Source: Steroidobacteraceae bacterium
GTDB taxonomy: Bacteria; Pseudomonadota; Gammaproteobacteria; Steroidobacterales; Steroidobacteraceae
Direction: 5' to 3'
NCBI GenBank assembly: GCA_041395625.1
Contig: JAWLAE010000006.1
Span: 31,706 to 95,705 of the forward strand
DNA: 64,000 nucleotides
A model generated the notes under the pieces. The model saw only the letters and a program-made list of their open reading frames with translations, was not told where the DNA came from and ran no database searches. Both the position numbers and the translations under genes were made by a program. Positions 19,771 to 29,769 of the stretch are shown here, one piece after another. Within the stretch, counting starts at the first letter, position 1. Each line of letters begins with the position of its first letter.

Positions 19771-20949
19771 TCAGATGATTTCGAGCGCCAGCGCGGTCGC
19801 TTCGCCACCGCCAATGCAAAGCGACGCCAGCCCGCGCTTGCCTCCGCGCTTGCGCAATGCATGCACGAGGGTGGTCACGATGCGCGCGCCCGTGGCGCCG
19901 ATTGGATGCCCGAGCGCACAGGCTCCGCCGTTGACGTTGGTGCGATCATGGGCGAAGCCGATATCCCGCATCGCCGCCATCGTGACCGCCGCGAACGCCT
20001 CGTTGACCTCATAGAGATCCACCTGGTCCGGCTGCCAATCAAGCTTTGCAAGCGTCTTCTTGATAGCGCCCGACGGCGCGGTAGTGAACCACTCTGGCTC
20101 CTGTGCGTGACTGGCGTAGGCGACGACGCGCGCGAGCGGCTTGAGACCCCGGGCCAAGGCGGTCTTTTCGCTCATCAGCACGACGGCCGCCGCGCCGTCA
20201 GAAATGGACGAAGACGACGCCGCTGTCACCGTACCATCTTTGCGGAATGCCGGTTTCAGTTGCGGGATCTTCTTGAGATCGACTGTGTAGGGCGTTTCGT
20301 CCTTGTCGACCACGCTGTCTCCCTTGCGGCCTTTGACCGTGACACTAACGACTTCGTCGGCGAACGCGCCAGATTCCACGGCGCGCACGGCTCGCTGGGT
20401 CGATTCGGTCGCAAACGCATCCTGCTCGGCACGCGTGAACTTGTACTTGTCGGCGGTATTCTCGGCGAAGCAGCCCATCAGCTGGCCATCGAATGGGCTC
20501 TGCAGTCCGTCGTAGAACATATGGTCCAGGACTTCTCCATGCCCCATGCGCATGCCAGCGCGCGCTTTAGGTAGCAGATAGGGTGCGTTGGACATCGACT
20601 CGAGCCCGCCGGCAACCGCAACGTCGATATCGCCCGCACGAATCTGGTCGGCTGCCAGCATGATCGCCTTGAGCCCAGAGCCGCACATCTTATTGATGGT
20701 CGTCGCCGGTGTGCCCACGGGAATGCCCGCCGCGAGCGCAGCCTGGCGTGCAGGTGCCTGGCCAAGCCCGGCGGGCAACACGCAGCCCATGATGACTTCC
20801 TGCACGTCTTTGCCAGCGATGCCAGCGGCATCCAGGGCGCCTTTGATGGCGGCGGCGCCGAGGTCAATGGCGGTAGCGCCAGACAATGCGCCCATGAAGG
20901 CACCGACCGGCGTGCGCTTGGCACTCACGATTACGACTTGATTCGACAT
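19771..20949 (-). CDS. acetyl-CoA C-acetyltransferase (thiolase II)
   Basis: [22 protein letters not shown] (active-site Cys), [15 protein letters not shown] and CIGGGEA. The start was set at MSNQVV. Confidence 0.95.
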   Translation of the reverse strand: MSNQVVIVSAKRTPVGAFMGALSGATAIDLGAAAIKGALDAAGIAGKDVQEVIMGCVLPAGLGQAPARQAALAAGIPVGTPATTINKMCGSGLKAIMLAADQIRAGDIDVAVAGGLESMSNAPYLLPKARAGMRMGHGEVLDHMFYDGLQSPFDGQLMGCFAENTADKYKFTRAEQDAFATESTQRAVRAVESGAFADEVVSVTVKGRKGDSVVDKDETPYTVDLKKIPQLKPAFRKDGTVTAASSSSISDGAAAVVLMSEKTALARGLKPLARVVAYASHAQEPEWFTTAPSGAIKKTLAKLDWQPDQVDLYEVNEAFAAVTMAAMRDIGFAHDRTNVNGGACALGHPIGATGARIVTTLVHALRKRGGKRGLASLCIGGGEATALALEII

Positions 20950-20968
20950 CTTGTTTACTCTCTCCGGC

Positions 20969-21694
20969 TCACTGACTGAGCCGCTTGGAAGCACCATTGT
21001 ATCGAGCTCGGTGCGCTTTTGGGGTCGGGCCCAGACCGAACAACTCTAGAAATCCGTCTGCCACCTGATCGGCCGTCAGTGCGGCGTCGGGTCGATACCA
21101 GTGCCCCATCCAGTTGAGCGCGCCGGCGAGCGCGAATGCGGCCAGCTTGGGGTCCTGCGCTGCGGCGATGGAACCGTCCGCGCTGCCGGCGCGGATGAGC
21201 CGGCGCAAACCCTGATCGATCTCCGATTTCAGCGCTTTGATCGCCGAACTCATCTCGATGCTGAGATCCTGATCCTCGGCGCGCACCATGCACCAGCCGA
21301 AATCGGAAGCAATGGCGGCGGCGTACTGACGTACCACGATTGCGAGACGCTCGCGTGCCGGGGCGTCGCTGGCGTCAGCCTCGCGTAGGCCGGTGCGTAT
21401 TTGGTCGAGCCCCGTGCGAAAACATTCGAACAGGATTTCCTCTTTGTTGCGTACGTAGTGGTACAGCGTTGGTTTGGTGACGCCGAGTAGGCCCGCGAGA
21501 TCATCGAGTGATGTGTTGTGGTAGCCGCGTTGTTGAAAGGCGCGCGCCGCTGTGAGAATCACTGCGTCGCGCTTGATTTCTCGTTCCTGTGCTCGTCGTC
21601 GAGGTCGGGACCAGGGCGATTCCGGTGGCGCGGCATTGGCCAGCGGCGCGCGCGTACTGCGTCGCTGCTTGGAAGCTGAGGTTTTGCGGGACAA
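20969..21694 (-). CDS. TetR-family transcriptional regulator
   Basis: HTH region ILTAARAFQQRGYHNTSLDDLAGLLGVTKPTLYHYVRNKEEIL. The proposed start is a TTG at 21694 preceded by AAGGAG. The 317-aa track ORF is probably over-extended. Confidence 0.8.
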   Translation of the reverse strand: MSRKTSASKQRRSTRAPLANAAPPESPWSRPRRRAQEREIKRDAVILTAARAFQQRGYHNTSLDDLAGLLGVTKPTLYHYVRNKEEILFECFRTGLDQIRTGLREADASDAPARERLAIVVRQYAAAIASDFGWCMVRAEDQDLSIEMSSAIKALKSEIDQGLRRLIRAGSADGSIAAAQDPKLAAFALAGALNWMGHWYRPDAALTADQVADGFLELFGLGPTPKAHRARYNGASKRLSQ

Positions 21695-21739
21695 GCTCGA
21701 CTCCTTTTGACATCCGACAGCCGTCGTTCGATACTCATC

Positions 21740-21754
21740 GGTAATTATATTACC
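21740..21754. promoter_or_regulatory. candidate TetR operator (GGTAAT-N3-ATTACC) in the divergent tetR/icmF intergenic region
   Basis: A perfect 6-bp inverted repeat with a 3-bp spacer (ggtaattatattacc) in an AT-rich patch between the two divergent genes. Assigning it as an operator is inference only. Confidence 0.3.
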
Positions 21755-21802
21755 ACTCGGTAACTTAGCGCGCCTGCCGTAGCAGTGTTCCAGGAGTGTC
21801 TT

Positions 21803-24800
21803 ATGTCGACAGCGCAGCAGAATGTACGGCGTGCTACGCCGGCGGACCAGGCGGGCGGCGATCCTGCGGTGCAACGGGAAACATTGCGGTTCGTCACCGC
21901 TGCGTCCCTGTTCGATGGCCACGACGCCGCCATCAACATGATCCGACGACTGCTACAGGCTGGCGGCGGCGAGGTCGTGCATCTGGGGCACAATCGCAGT
22001 GTCGCGGACATCGTGCGCGCCGCGATCCAGGAGGACGCGGACGGCATTGCTGTCAGCTCGTATCAGGGCGGACACAACGAGTACTTTGCGTACATGGTCG
22101 ATATGCTGCGCGAACTCGGCAGCGAGCACATTCGGGTGGTGGTCGGTGGGGGCGGCACGATCGCGCCGGACGAGATCGCCGCGCTCGAGCAACATGGCGT
22201 CGAGAAGATCTATACGCCCGAACATGGCCGCACACTCGGCCTCGTCGGAATGATCGATGACGTACTGGCGCGAGTGCGAGCGGCCAGGCGACCGGCGTTC
22301 GAGTTTGGGCCGCTCAATCCGCGCGATCACCGCCAGATCGCGCGCACCATCACGGCGCTGGAAGATGCAACCGACGGCGACCGCTCACGCGACGCGGTTC
22401 TGCGTGCCATTGCCCAGCATCAGGCCAAGCAGCAGGCGACTGGCAGGCGCAAGCAGGTCCCGGTCATCGGCCTGACCGGCACGGGCGGCGCCGGCAAGTC
22501 GAGCCTCAATGACGAGTTGTTACAGCGCTTCGTGCGCTACTTCCCTGACCGGCAGATCGCGGTGGTGGCAGTCGACCCGACTCGACGCCGCACTGGCGGG
22601 GCGTTACTCGGCGACCGGATTCGCATGAATTCGCTGGCAGCCGAGAATATCTTCATGCGCTCGCTCGCCACGCGCCGGCGGAATCTCGCGACCAGCGCGG
22701 CGCTCAAGGATGTCATCGCGCTCTACAAACTGGCGGGCTTCGATCTCATCATCGTCGAGACGGCCGGTATTGGTCAGAGCGACACCGAGATCATCGATCT
22801 CGTCGATTTGTCGCTGTATGTCATGACTAACGAGTACGGCGCGGCCAGTCAGCTCGAGAAGATCGACATGATCGATTTCGCCGACATGATCGTCCTCAAC
22901 AAGTTCGAGAAGCGCGGCGCCGAGGACAGTCTGCGCGACGTGCGCAAGCAGTGGCGCCGCAATCACATCGATCGGCTGAAGATCGCGGATGCCGATACAC
23001 CCGTCTTCCCGACGATTGCCAGCCGGTTCAACGATCCCGGCGTGAATCGACTGTTTGGTGCGATCGTAGCCGCCATCGATGCCAAGAAGATCGGGCCACA
23101 TGCCTGGTCGGCACGCGACGGCGCACCGCTCGATCTGGGCCCAACCGAATTCACGACCCGCGATCCCCTGATTCCGAGCGCGCGGTCCCGCTATCTGGCG
23201 GAGATCGCCCAGGCTGGTAGACGCGCCCACACCGAGATCGAGCGGCGAGCGGGTGCTGCAAGCCGTGCCTATGGTGTTTATCAGGCGCTCAATGCGCTGC
23301 ACGATGCGCCGCTGCCGACGCCGCTGGAGCGCTATCCGGTGGCGTTGACTTCGGTCGACGGCGACCAGGGCGGGGATGCCACGCGCATCGCGCTGCGTGC
23401 GGCGTACAACCAGGCGCTGGACGAGGTTGGGCAGCAGGCGCTCGGCGAGCTGCATCATTGGCCGGCGCGCGTCAAAGCTGTCACCGATCCTGAGTACCGT
23501 TACCGCGTGCGCGATCGGGAGATCACCGGCGCCAACTACAGTGAGACACTGAGCCGGAATCACGTGCCGAAGATCGCTACGCCCAAGTTTCGCGACTGGG
23601 GCGAAATCCTGCGCTTCATCAGCGCCGAGAACCTGCCGGGATCCTATCCGTACACGAGCGGCGTGTATCCCTATCGCCGTGAGCAGGAAGATCCGATCCG
23701 CATGTTCGCGGGCGAGGGACCGCCGGAGCGGACCAATCGACGGTTTCACTATCTCGCGCGCGGCAGCGCGGCCACGCGCTTGTCGACTGCGTTCGATTCC
23801 ACGACGCTGTATGGCGAGGATCCGGATACGCGTCCTGATATCTACGGGCGCACCGGCAATTCGGGCGTCTCGATCGCAACACTCGATGACATGAAAAAGC
23901 TGTACTCGGGTTTCGATTTGTGCGCCGCCAATACCTCGGTGTCCATGACGATCAACGGGCCGGCGCCGATGCTGCTCGCGATGTTCATGAACACGGCCAT
24001 CGATCAACGCGTCGAGCGCATGCTGAAAAAGGAAGGACGCTGGCCCGCGGCAAAGCAGCTGATCGCCAAGCTGCATGCCGGCATTCGTGAGCGCGGTGCA
24101 GCGGTGCCCGTGTACAACGGCGATCTGCCGGAGGGCCATGACGGCTCCGGACTGGCGCTGCTCGGCATCACCGCCCGGCAGCTGGTGGCGCCGGGTGTGC
24201 TGACGCTGGCGGAGTACGAGCGCCTGCGTACCGAAGCCATGTCGCTGGCGCGTGGTACGGTGCAGGCCGACATCCTCAAGGAGGATCAGGCGCAGAACAC
24301 CTGCATTTTCTCGACCGAATTCGCGCTGCGCATGATGGGCGATGTGCAGCAGTTCTTTTCGGACAATGACGTTCGAAATTTCTACTCAGTGTCGATTTCC
24401 GGCTATCACATCGCCGAGGCCGGCGCCAATCCGATCTCGCAACTAGCCTTCACGCTCGCCAATGGCTTCACGATCGTCGAGTACTACCTGGCGCGCGGCA
24501 TGGCGATCGATGACTTCGCTCCCAATCTGTCGTTCTTTTTTTCCAACGGCATGGACCCGGAGTACGCGGTAATCGGGCGCGTGGCGCGCCGCATCTGGGC
24601 ACGAGCCATGCGTGATCGATACGCCGCGAGTGCGCGCAGCCAGATGATGAAGTATCACATCCAGACCTCGGGTCGCTCGCTGCACGCGCGCGAGATCCAG
24701 TTCAACGACATCCGTACGACCTTGCAGGCGATGTATGCGCTGTTCGACAACTGCAACAGCTTGCACACCAATGCCTACGACGAAGCACTGACTACTCCTA

Positions 24801-25354
24801 CGGAGGAGAGCGTGCGCCGCGCGGTGGCCATCCAGATGATCATCAATCGTGAGCTCGGTCTCAACAAGACACAGAATCCCTGGCAAGGCTCGTTCCTGAT
24901 CGAGGAACTGACGGATATGGTGGAGGAGGCGGTCTATAAGGAATTCGAGTCGCTCTCCGAGCGTGGCGGCGTGCTGGGCGCGATGGAGACAATGTACCAG
25001 CGCGGCAAGATCCAGGAGGAGAGCCTTTACTACGAGACCTTGAAACACGACGGCAGCCTACCGATCGTCGGCGTGAATACTTTCCTGTCAGAACATGATG
25101 CTTCGCAGGAGCATCAGGCGGTGGCACTGATTCGCTCGACTGGCCAGGAGAAGGACGATCAGGTGAACGCGGTGCGTGCATTTCAGCAGCGCAACGCGGG
25201 GCGTGCGCCGGATGCGCTACGCGAGCTGCAAAGCGCGGCGGCGACTGGCGGTAACGTCTTCGCAGCTCTCATGGATGCGGTGGCGTGTTGTTCGCTCGGG
25301 CAGATTTCGCACGCGCTCTATCAAGTGGGTGGTCAATATCGGCGCAACATGTAG
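21803..25354 (+). CDS. icmF: fused isobutyryl-CoA mutase (B12-binding domain + MeaB-like G-protein + mutase catalytic domain)
   Basis: About 1180 aa. The N-terminal cobalamin domain has LFDGHDAAINM. The central P-loop GTPase has IGLTGTGGAGKSSL and NKFEKRG. The C-terminal acyl-CoA mutase barrel has YPYTSGVYP and FAGEGPPERTNRRFHYL. Confidence 0.9.
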   Translation: MSTAQQNVRRATPADQAGGDPAVQRETLRFVTAASLFDGHDAAINMIRRLLQAGGGEVVHLGHNRSVADIVRAAIQEDADGIAVSSYQGGHNEYFAYMVDMLRELGSEHIRVVVGGGGTIAPDEIAALEQHGVEKIYTPEHGRTLGLVGMIDDVLARVRAARRPAFEFGPLNPRDHRQIARTITALEDATDGDRSRDAVLRAIAQHQAKQQATGRRKQVPVIGLTGTGGAGKSSLNDELLQRFVRYFPDRQIAVVAVDPTRRRTGGALLGDRIRMNSLAAENIFMRSLATRRRNLATSAALKDVIALYKLAGFDLIIVETAGIGQSDTEIIDLVDLSLYVMTNEYGAASQLEKIDMIDFADMIVLNKFEKRGAEDSLRDVRKQWRRNHIDRLKIADADTPVFPTIASRFNDPGVNRLFGAIVAAIDAKKIGPHAWSARDGAPLDLGPTEFTTRDPLIPSARSRYLAEIAQAGRRAHTEIERRAGAASRAYGVYQALNALHDAPLPTPLERYPVALTSVDGDQGGDATRIALRAAYNQALDEVGQQALGELHHWPARVKAVTDPEYRYRVRDREITGANYSETLSRNHVPKIATPKFRDWGEILRFISAENLPGSYPYTSGVYPYRREQEDPIRMFAGEGPPERTNRRFHYLARGSAATRLSTAFDSTTLYGEDPDTRPDIYGRTGNSGVSIATLDDMKKLYSGFDLCAANTSVSMTINGPAPMLLAMFMNTAIDQRVERMLKKEGRWPAAKQLIAKLHAGIRERGAAVPVYNGDLPEGHDGSGLALLGITARQLVAPGVLTLAEYERLRTEAMSLARGTVQADILKEDQAQNTCIFSTEFALRMMGDVQQFFSDNDVRNFYSVSISGYHIAEAGANPISQLAFTLANGFTIVEYYLARGMAIDDFAPNLSFFFSNGMDPEYAVIGRVARRIWARAMRDRYAASARSQMMKYHIQTSGRSLHAREIQFNDIRTTLQAMYALFDNCNSLHTNAYDEALTTPTEESVRRAVAIQMIINRELGLNKTQNPWQGSFLIEELTDMVEEAVYKEFESLSERGGVLGAMETMYQRGKIQEESLYYETLKHDGSLPIVGVNTFLSEHDASQEHQAVALIRSTGQEKDDQVNAVRAFQQRNAGRAPDALRELQSAAATGGNVFAALMDAVACCSLGQISHALYQVGGQYRRNM

Positions 25355-25357
25355 GTT

Positions 25358-25382
25358 GTGACGTGACGTGACGTGACGTGAC
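25358..25382. repeat. pentanucleotide microsatellite (GTGAC)x5
   Basis: Five perfect tandem GTGAC units are read directly from the sequence, 4 nt after the icmF stop. Confidence 0.95.
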
Positions 25383-25392
25383 AGTGGCGGCC

Positions 25393-25595
25393 GCGGGATG
25401 AGGGGTGGGCGAGCCGCGGCCGGTCGACAGGTAGTCAGGTGGGAATTTGCCGGCGCGCCGTTGAAGAACATAGCCGATGGGAGTGTGGCTCGAGGGCACC
25501 GCTCGAACGGTCGATGCCACGAGCGCGCCGGGTTGATAACCCATTCGGGCGTGCCCTGCTGACAGTGTGCGCGGCTCGCCCACCCCTCATCCCGC
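25393..25595. repeat. 203-bp palindromic (MITE-like) element with 26-bp perfect terminal inverted repeats
   Basis: gcgggatgaggggtgggcgagccgcg (25393-25418) is the exact reverse complement of cgcggctcgcccacccctcatcccgc (25570-25595). The interior shows further partial self-complementarity (shared ccggcgcgc blocks). Confidence 0.7.
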
Positions 25596-25910
25596 ACCCG
25601 CTCATTGTCGCGGAAAGCCACTACTTGAGTTGCGTTTCACCGGACGCTCCAACGTTGTGTGAGCGCACCCGCGGGCCGGGGTGGGTGTGCGAGGGTGGCG
25701 GCGCGAGTGCGCGCCGGTGGTCACGGCACGCCTCGCCGTCGGCGTGCTGAGCCGCGCATTGCGCGCCGCCTTGTTGACCACTCGCCAAAAAGAATCATCG
25801 CTGACAAAATGTTGGTCTACGGCGCGGCGGCAAATGGCGTTGCCGCTGACAGCACGATTCAAGCACTCGCCCCGCCACCCTCGCGCGACCGACCCGGCCC
25901 GCATCTACTT

Positions 25911-26681
25911 TCACGCAGCGTTCGACAAATCCGGTTCGCCGAGCTCGTCCAGGATTCGTCGTCGCGACTGCTCGCGAAGTTCGATCGCGTCGGGCGCGAC
26001 ATCCGCGCTACTGACGATCGGTGTCAGAAACTCGACTTCGATTCGTCCCGGCAGCGGCAGAATGCGAGAACTGGGAAGCGCATGCCGGGTGCCACGAATC
26101 ACAGCCGGCACCACGGGGCAGCGTGCGCGCGCCGCAATGGCGAACGCGCCCGTATGGAATTTCAGCAGCCCTGGCTCGTGCGAGAACGTACCTTCTGGGA
26201 AGAACACGAGGGAGTGCCCATTGGTCGCCGTGCGGAGCACCCGACGTGCATCGCTGGCGCTCTTCCCGCGGTTCGAACGATCCACGAATTCGGACCCGAG
26301 GCGGCGCAGCAGCAGCCCCGCCAGTGGCACCGAATCCATTTCACGCTTGATGACGAAACCAAATCGAGCGGGTAGCACAGCCGTGAACACAATGCCGTCG
26401 AGGTAGCTGGCGTGATTGGCGACGACGACGCATTGGTCGTCTGGTACGAGCGACTGGTGTTTGACCGACACGGGCATGCCGACCAAGAAAAGTGCGGCGC
26501 GCGCGGCGTTGCGTGCTGCAGCGCGGCGCCAGGTGAGCCGTGGCAGCAGCAGAATGCACAGCAGCGCGAGCAGCGCGAGCAGAATGAACGTTGTCACCGC
26601 GTACAGGCCGTACACGAGGCGCAGTGGCGCAAGCCACATGCTGCGCTGCTCGAGTGTGTGTGCTGCCGCTCGTTCGGTCAT
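25911..26681 (-). CDS. lysophospholipid (1-acyl-sn-glycerol-3-phosphate) acyltransferase family protein
   Basis: An N-terminal TM segment followed by the acyltransferase motifs VVANHASYLDG and VFFPEGTFS. Confidence 0.8.
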   Translation of the reverse strand: MTERAAAHTLEQRSMWLAPLRLVYGLYAVTTFILLALLALLCILLLPRLTWRRAAARNAARAALFLVGMPVSVKHQSLVPDDQCVVVANHASYLDGIVFTAVLPARFGFVIKREMDSVPLAGLLLRRLGSEFVDRSNRGKSASDARRVLRTATNGHSLVFFPEGTFSHEPGLLKFHTGAFAIAARARCPVVPAVIRGTRHALPSSRILPLPGRIEVEFLTPIVSSADVAPDAIELREQSRRRILDELGEPDLSNAA

Positions 26682-26825
26682 GGTGAATTGTCGGTTGAGT
26701 CGCCGGGTACCGTGATGTGAACTGGTTCTCTTTATGTTAATGCTTTTCTCGGGCTGTGAAGGTGATCACGCCGGTGGGCGCGCGGCGGTCCGCATACTCC
26801 GCGTCAGGAATTTTCCGCTTTCGAA

Positions 26826-27770
26826 ATGAGTACGGACTTGGCCAAGCACGCCACAGCGACTGCCGAATCGACCACCGCAGCTGCCATCGATCCAACGGTC
26901 TCACAATTTCTCGACGCCGTCTGGATGGAACGAGGCCTGGCCTCGAACACGCTTGCCGCGTATCGCGCCGACCTCACGGCACTGTCTCGCTGGCTGGCTG
27001 ATCGAGACGTCGAGCTGACCCGTACGACACGCGCCGACCTGCTCGCCTTCATTGCATACCGGGTCGAATATGGCGCACGGCCGCGGTCCACCGCACGGCA
27101 GCTGTCCTCATTCCGTCGGTTCTTCCGCTATCTCGTGCGCGAGGGAGTCTTGCGCGATGATCCTACCGCGCAGATTGCGATGCCGAAGATCGGACGCTCG
27201 TTGCCGAAATCGTTGACCGAGGAAGAAGTCGAGTCGCTCCTGAACGCGCCGCTGATCTCTGATCCTCTGGGCCATCGCGATCGCACCATGCTCGAGGTGC
27301 TGTACGCCACGGGTCTGCGCGTCACGGAACTCGTGAATCTCAAGTACAGCCAGATCAACACCAACCAGGGGGTCATCCGCATCGTCGGCAAGGGCAATCG
27401 CGAGCGCCTGATCCCGCTCGGCGAAGAAGCGGTCCGCTGGCTGACGGATTTCGTGCGCGGCCCACGCAACGAGATCCTGCTCGATCGCACCACGGACTTC
27501 CTGTTTCCGACGCGCCGCGGCGATCGCATGACGCGCCAGGCGTTCTGGCACATCATCAAGCGCTATGCACGCAAGGCGCAGATCGACAAGGGTCTGTCAC
27601 CGCACACCATGCGGCATGCCTTCGCGACCCACCTGCTCAATCACGGTGCCGACCTGCGGGTCGTGCAGATGCTGCTCGGGCACAGCGATCTCTCCACCAC
27701 CCAGATCTATACCCACGTCGCACGCGAACGCCTGAAAGACCTGCACCAGCAGCACCACCCCCGCGGGTAG
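26826..27770 (+). CDS. xerD: site-specific tyrosine recombinase XerD
   Basis: 314 aa with FLDAVWMERGLASNTLAAYRADL, ATGLRVTELVNL, the HTMRHAFATHLL...GADLRVVQMLLGHSDLSTTQIYTHV catalytic box and terminal Tyr. The position upstream of dsbC is the conserved arrangement. Confidence 0.9.
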   Translation: MSTDLAKHATATAESTTAAAIDPTVSQFLDAVWMERGLASNTLAAYRADLTALSRWLADRDVELTRTTRADLLAFIAYRVEYGARPRSTARQLSSFRRFFRYLVREGVLRDDPTAQIAMPKIGRSLPKSLTEEEVESLLNAPLISDPLGHRDRTMLEVLYATGLRVTELVNLKYSQINTNQGVIRIVGKGNRERLIPLGEEAVRWLTDFVRGPRNEILLDRTTDFLFPTRRGDRMTRQAFWHIIKRYARKAQIDKGLSPHTMRHAFATHLLNHGADLRVVQMLLGHSDLSTTQIYTHVARERLKDLHQQHHPRG

Positions 27771-27905
27771 GCTGCGCCGCGGCGTGTCCGGCAGGGCACT
27801 CTGCTAGACTCCGCGCCGGGTTCAGGCGCCGAACCTTATGGGCCCGGGGTGGTCCAAATGCCGTTGCCCTTGAATGGGCTCTTCATGGTCTGGCAGATCG
27901 AATCG

Positions 27906-28670
27906 ATGAAGGTGTTGCTGCGTATGGTCAATCTCTGGCGGATCCTCCTGCTCGGTGCGGCGCTCGTTCTCGGGTCGCTCGCGCAAGCTCAGCAGGCTAA
28001 CAGCAGTACAGCCAAAGCCGATCCACGTGTGGCGATCGCGAAGAAGATCGACGGCGTGAAGCCGGAGGACGTGCGCGCTTCGCCTGTGCCGGGCGTGTTC
28101 GAAGTGACGCGCCGCGGCGCGGTGGCCTACGTCGCGAGTGACGCGCGCTATCTGATCGCCGGCGATCTCTACGATCTCGACACCGACGACAACCTCACTG
28201 AGACACGACGGCGCGCGGTGCGCAAGAAGCTGATCGGCGACATTCCGGAAAGCGAGATGATCGTGTTCTCACCCAAGGATCCGAAGTACACGGTGACTGT
28301 CTTCACTGATATCGATTGCGGCTACTGTCAGGAGCTGCATTCCCATATCGCCGACTACAACAAGCGTGGTATCGCGATTCGCTACCTGCTATATCCGCGC
28401 ACTGGGCCGGGGAGCGAGGCGTGGAGCAAAGCGGAAAAGGTCTGGTGTTCCGCCAATCGCAAGGATGCGCTGACGCGTTCCAAGCGTGGTGAGACGATCA
28501 AGGCACCGAAATGCGCGGCCACCGTCGTCGCCCGCGACTACGAGTTGGGCCAGGATCTGGCGCTGCGCGGCACGCCTGCCATCGTGTTCGAGAACGGCGA
28601 CCTGATCCCGGGTTATCTGCCCCCAGCGGGGCTCGCATCGAAGCTGCAAGAGAGTCTGGCGGCGCGCTAG
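27906..28670 (+). CDS. dsbC: thiol:disulfide interchange protein DsbC
   Basis: A signal peptide, then FTDIDCGYCQELH (CxxC thioredoxin motif) and GTPAIVFENGDLIPGY. The exact start (27906 or 27924) is uncertain. Confidence 0.85.
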   Translation: MKVLLRMVNLWRILLLGAALVLGSLAQAQQANSSTAKADPRVAIAKKIDGVKPEDVRASPVPGVFEVTRRGAVAYVASDARYLIAGDLYDLDTDDNLTETRRRAVRKKLIGDIPESEMIVFSPKDPKYTVTVFTDIDCGYCQELHSHIADYNKRGIAIRYLLYPRTGPGSEAWSKAEKVWCSANRKDALTRSKRGETIKAPKCAATVVARDYELGQDLALRGTPAIVFENGDLIPGYLPPAGLASKLQESLAAR

Positions 28671-28673
28671 GCG

Positions 28674-28997
28674 CTATTCTTCCAGCAGCTTGCGTTTGTC
28701 TGGTACGCCTTCCCATTGTTTGGCGTCGGTCGGGGCAGGCTTCATTTCGGTGATCACCGGCCATTTCTTGGCGAGATCCGCATTGATCTGCGTGAATTCC
28801 TTCTGGTCGGCCGGTACCTCGTCCTCAGAGAAGATCGCTTCCACCGGACACTCGGGCTCGCAGAGCGTGCAGTCGATGCACTCGTCGGGGTCGATCACGA
28901 GAAAATTCGGCCCTTCGTGGAAACAGTCCACCGGACACACTTCAACGCAGTCGGTGTATTTGCACTTGATGCAGGCTTCGGTGACGACGAAGGTCAT
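28674..28997 (-). CDS. fdxA: 7Fe ferredoxin (3Fe-4S + 4Fe-4S)
   Basis: 107 aa: [29 protein letters not shown]...[16 protein letters not shown], matching the Azotobacter-type FdxA pattern. The upstream part of the 195-aa track ORF was rejected. Confidence 0.9.
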   Translation of the reverse strand: MTFVVTEACIKCKYTDCVEVCPVDCFHEGPNFLVIDPDECIDCTLCEPECPVEAIFSEDEVPADQKEFTQINADLAKKWPVITEMKPAPTDAKQWEGVPDKRKLLEE

Positions 28998-29067
28998 GGA
29001 GCGGTTCCTGTGAATCGATGTTGTGGGGCCGCGAGGCCGGGGCGCATTTTGCCACGCGCGGGCGCAA

Positions 29068-29607
29068 TCAGCTAAAACGCCCGGTAAGCTCGACAAAGTG
29101 GTGTCGTTCTTCGCCCGCTGCGCGGTCTGCGAGATAGCGCCGCAGCGCGAACTCTGTGCTGGGGAACGCCAAATCGTCCCACGGAATATCGTCCAGATCG
29201 ACCAATCTGACTTCCAGACTTTCGGCCGTCGGTCCAAAACGCTCGTGCAGCATGCGCGCACGGAAAAACACGTGCACCTGATGTGCTTGCGTCACGTCCA
29301 CGATAGCAATGAGCGAGCCCATTTCGATGTCGTTCAAGGCCTCCTCGCGCGTTTCGCGCGCTGCGGCCTGCTGGAGCGTCTCACCGTTCTCCAGGAATCC
29401 GGCAGGCACCGTCCAATAGCCCAAACGCGGCTCAATGCCGCGCTTGCACAGCAGGATTCGGCCGTTCCACTCTGGTACGCAGCCTACCACCAACTTGGGG
29501 TTGGCATAGTGGACCGTCCCGCAGCTCGTACAGACATGCCGCGGCAAATTGTCACCCGCAGGAATCTTGTGCTCGACAGGCGAGCCACATTGACTACAGA
29601 ACTTCAT
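29068..29607 (-). CDS. Nudix hydrolase with an N-terminal zinc ribbon
   Basis: [11 protein letters not shown]...CTSCG forms the zinc ribbon. The Nudix box is [28 protein letters not shown]. The track ORF (383 aa) runs on through the tRNA gene and was truncated to the ATG at 29607. Confidence 0.85.
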   Translation of the reverse strand: MKFCSQCGSPVEHKIPAGDNLPRHVCTSCGTVHYANPKLVVGCVPEWNGRILLCKRGIEPRLGYWTVPAGFLENGETLQQAAARETREEALNDIEMGSLIAIVDVTQAHQVHVFFRARMLHERFGPTAESLEVRLVDLDDIPWDDLAFPSTEFALRRYLADRAAGEERHHFVELTGRFS

Positions 29608-29622
29608 CCGAACTCGAATAAT

Positions 29623-29710
29623 GGTGCCGGGAGAGGGAATCGAACCCACACGCCTTTTTAGGGCAACGGATTTTGAGTCCGCCGCGTCTACCAGTTCCGC
29701 CATCCCGGCG
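29623..29710 (-). tRNA. tRNA-Leu (anticodon CAA), type II with long variable arm, CCA encoded
   Basis: The reverse complement reads GCCGGGATGGCGGAACTGGTAGACGCGGCGGACTCAAAATCCGTTGCCCTAAAAAGGCGTGTGGGTTCGATTCCCTCTCCCGGCACCA. The acceptor stem GCCGGGA/TCCCGGC pairs, the T-loop is GGTTCGATTCC, and the anticodon loop is CT-CAA-AA. Confidence 0.95.
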
Positions 29711-29769
29711 CGGGAGCGGGAGTATAAGGGGATTTGCGACCTTTCTCTAAGGTCCTGCATCTGATCGCT

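Noticed and set aside
22604-24139. 511-aa ORF antisense to icmF
   Set aside because: It lies entirely inside, and antisense to, a gene with strong domain evidence. Its composition is Arg/Ala/Gly/His-rich, as is typical of off-frame translation in high-GC DNA, and it has no recognisable motifs.
25358-25595. possible CRISPR array
   Set aside because: There is only a 5-nt microsatellite and one pair of inverted (not direct) 26-mers. There is no repeat-spacer periodicity and there are no cas genes in the window.
25659-26406. 238- and 241-aa plus-strand ORFs in the icmF-plsC gap and antisense to plsC
   Set aside because: They are Arg/Ala-rich off-frame translations. They overlap the acyltransferase gene, which has clear HxxxxD and PEGT motifs.
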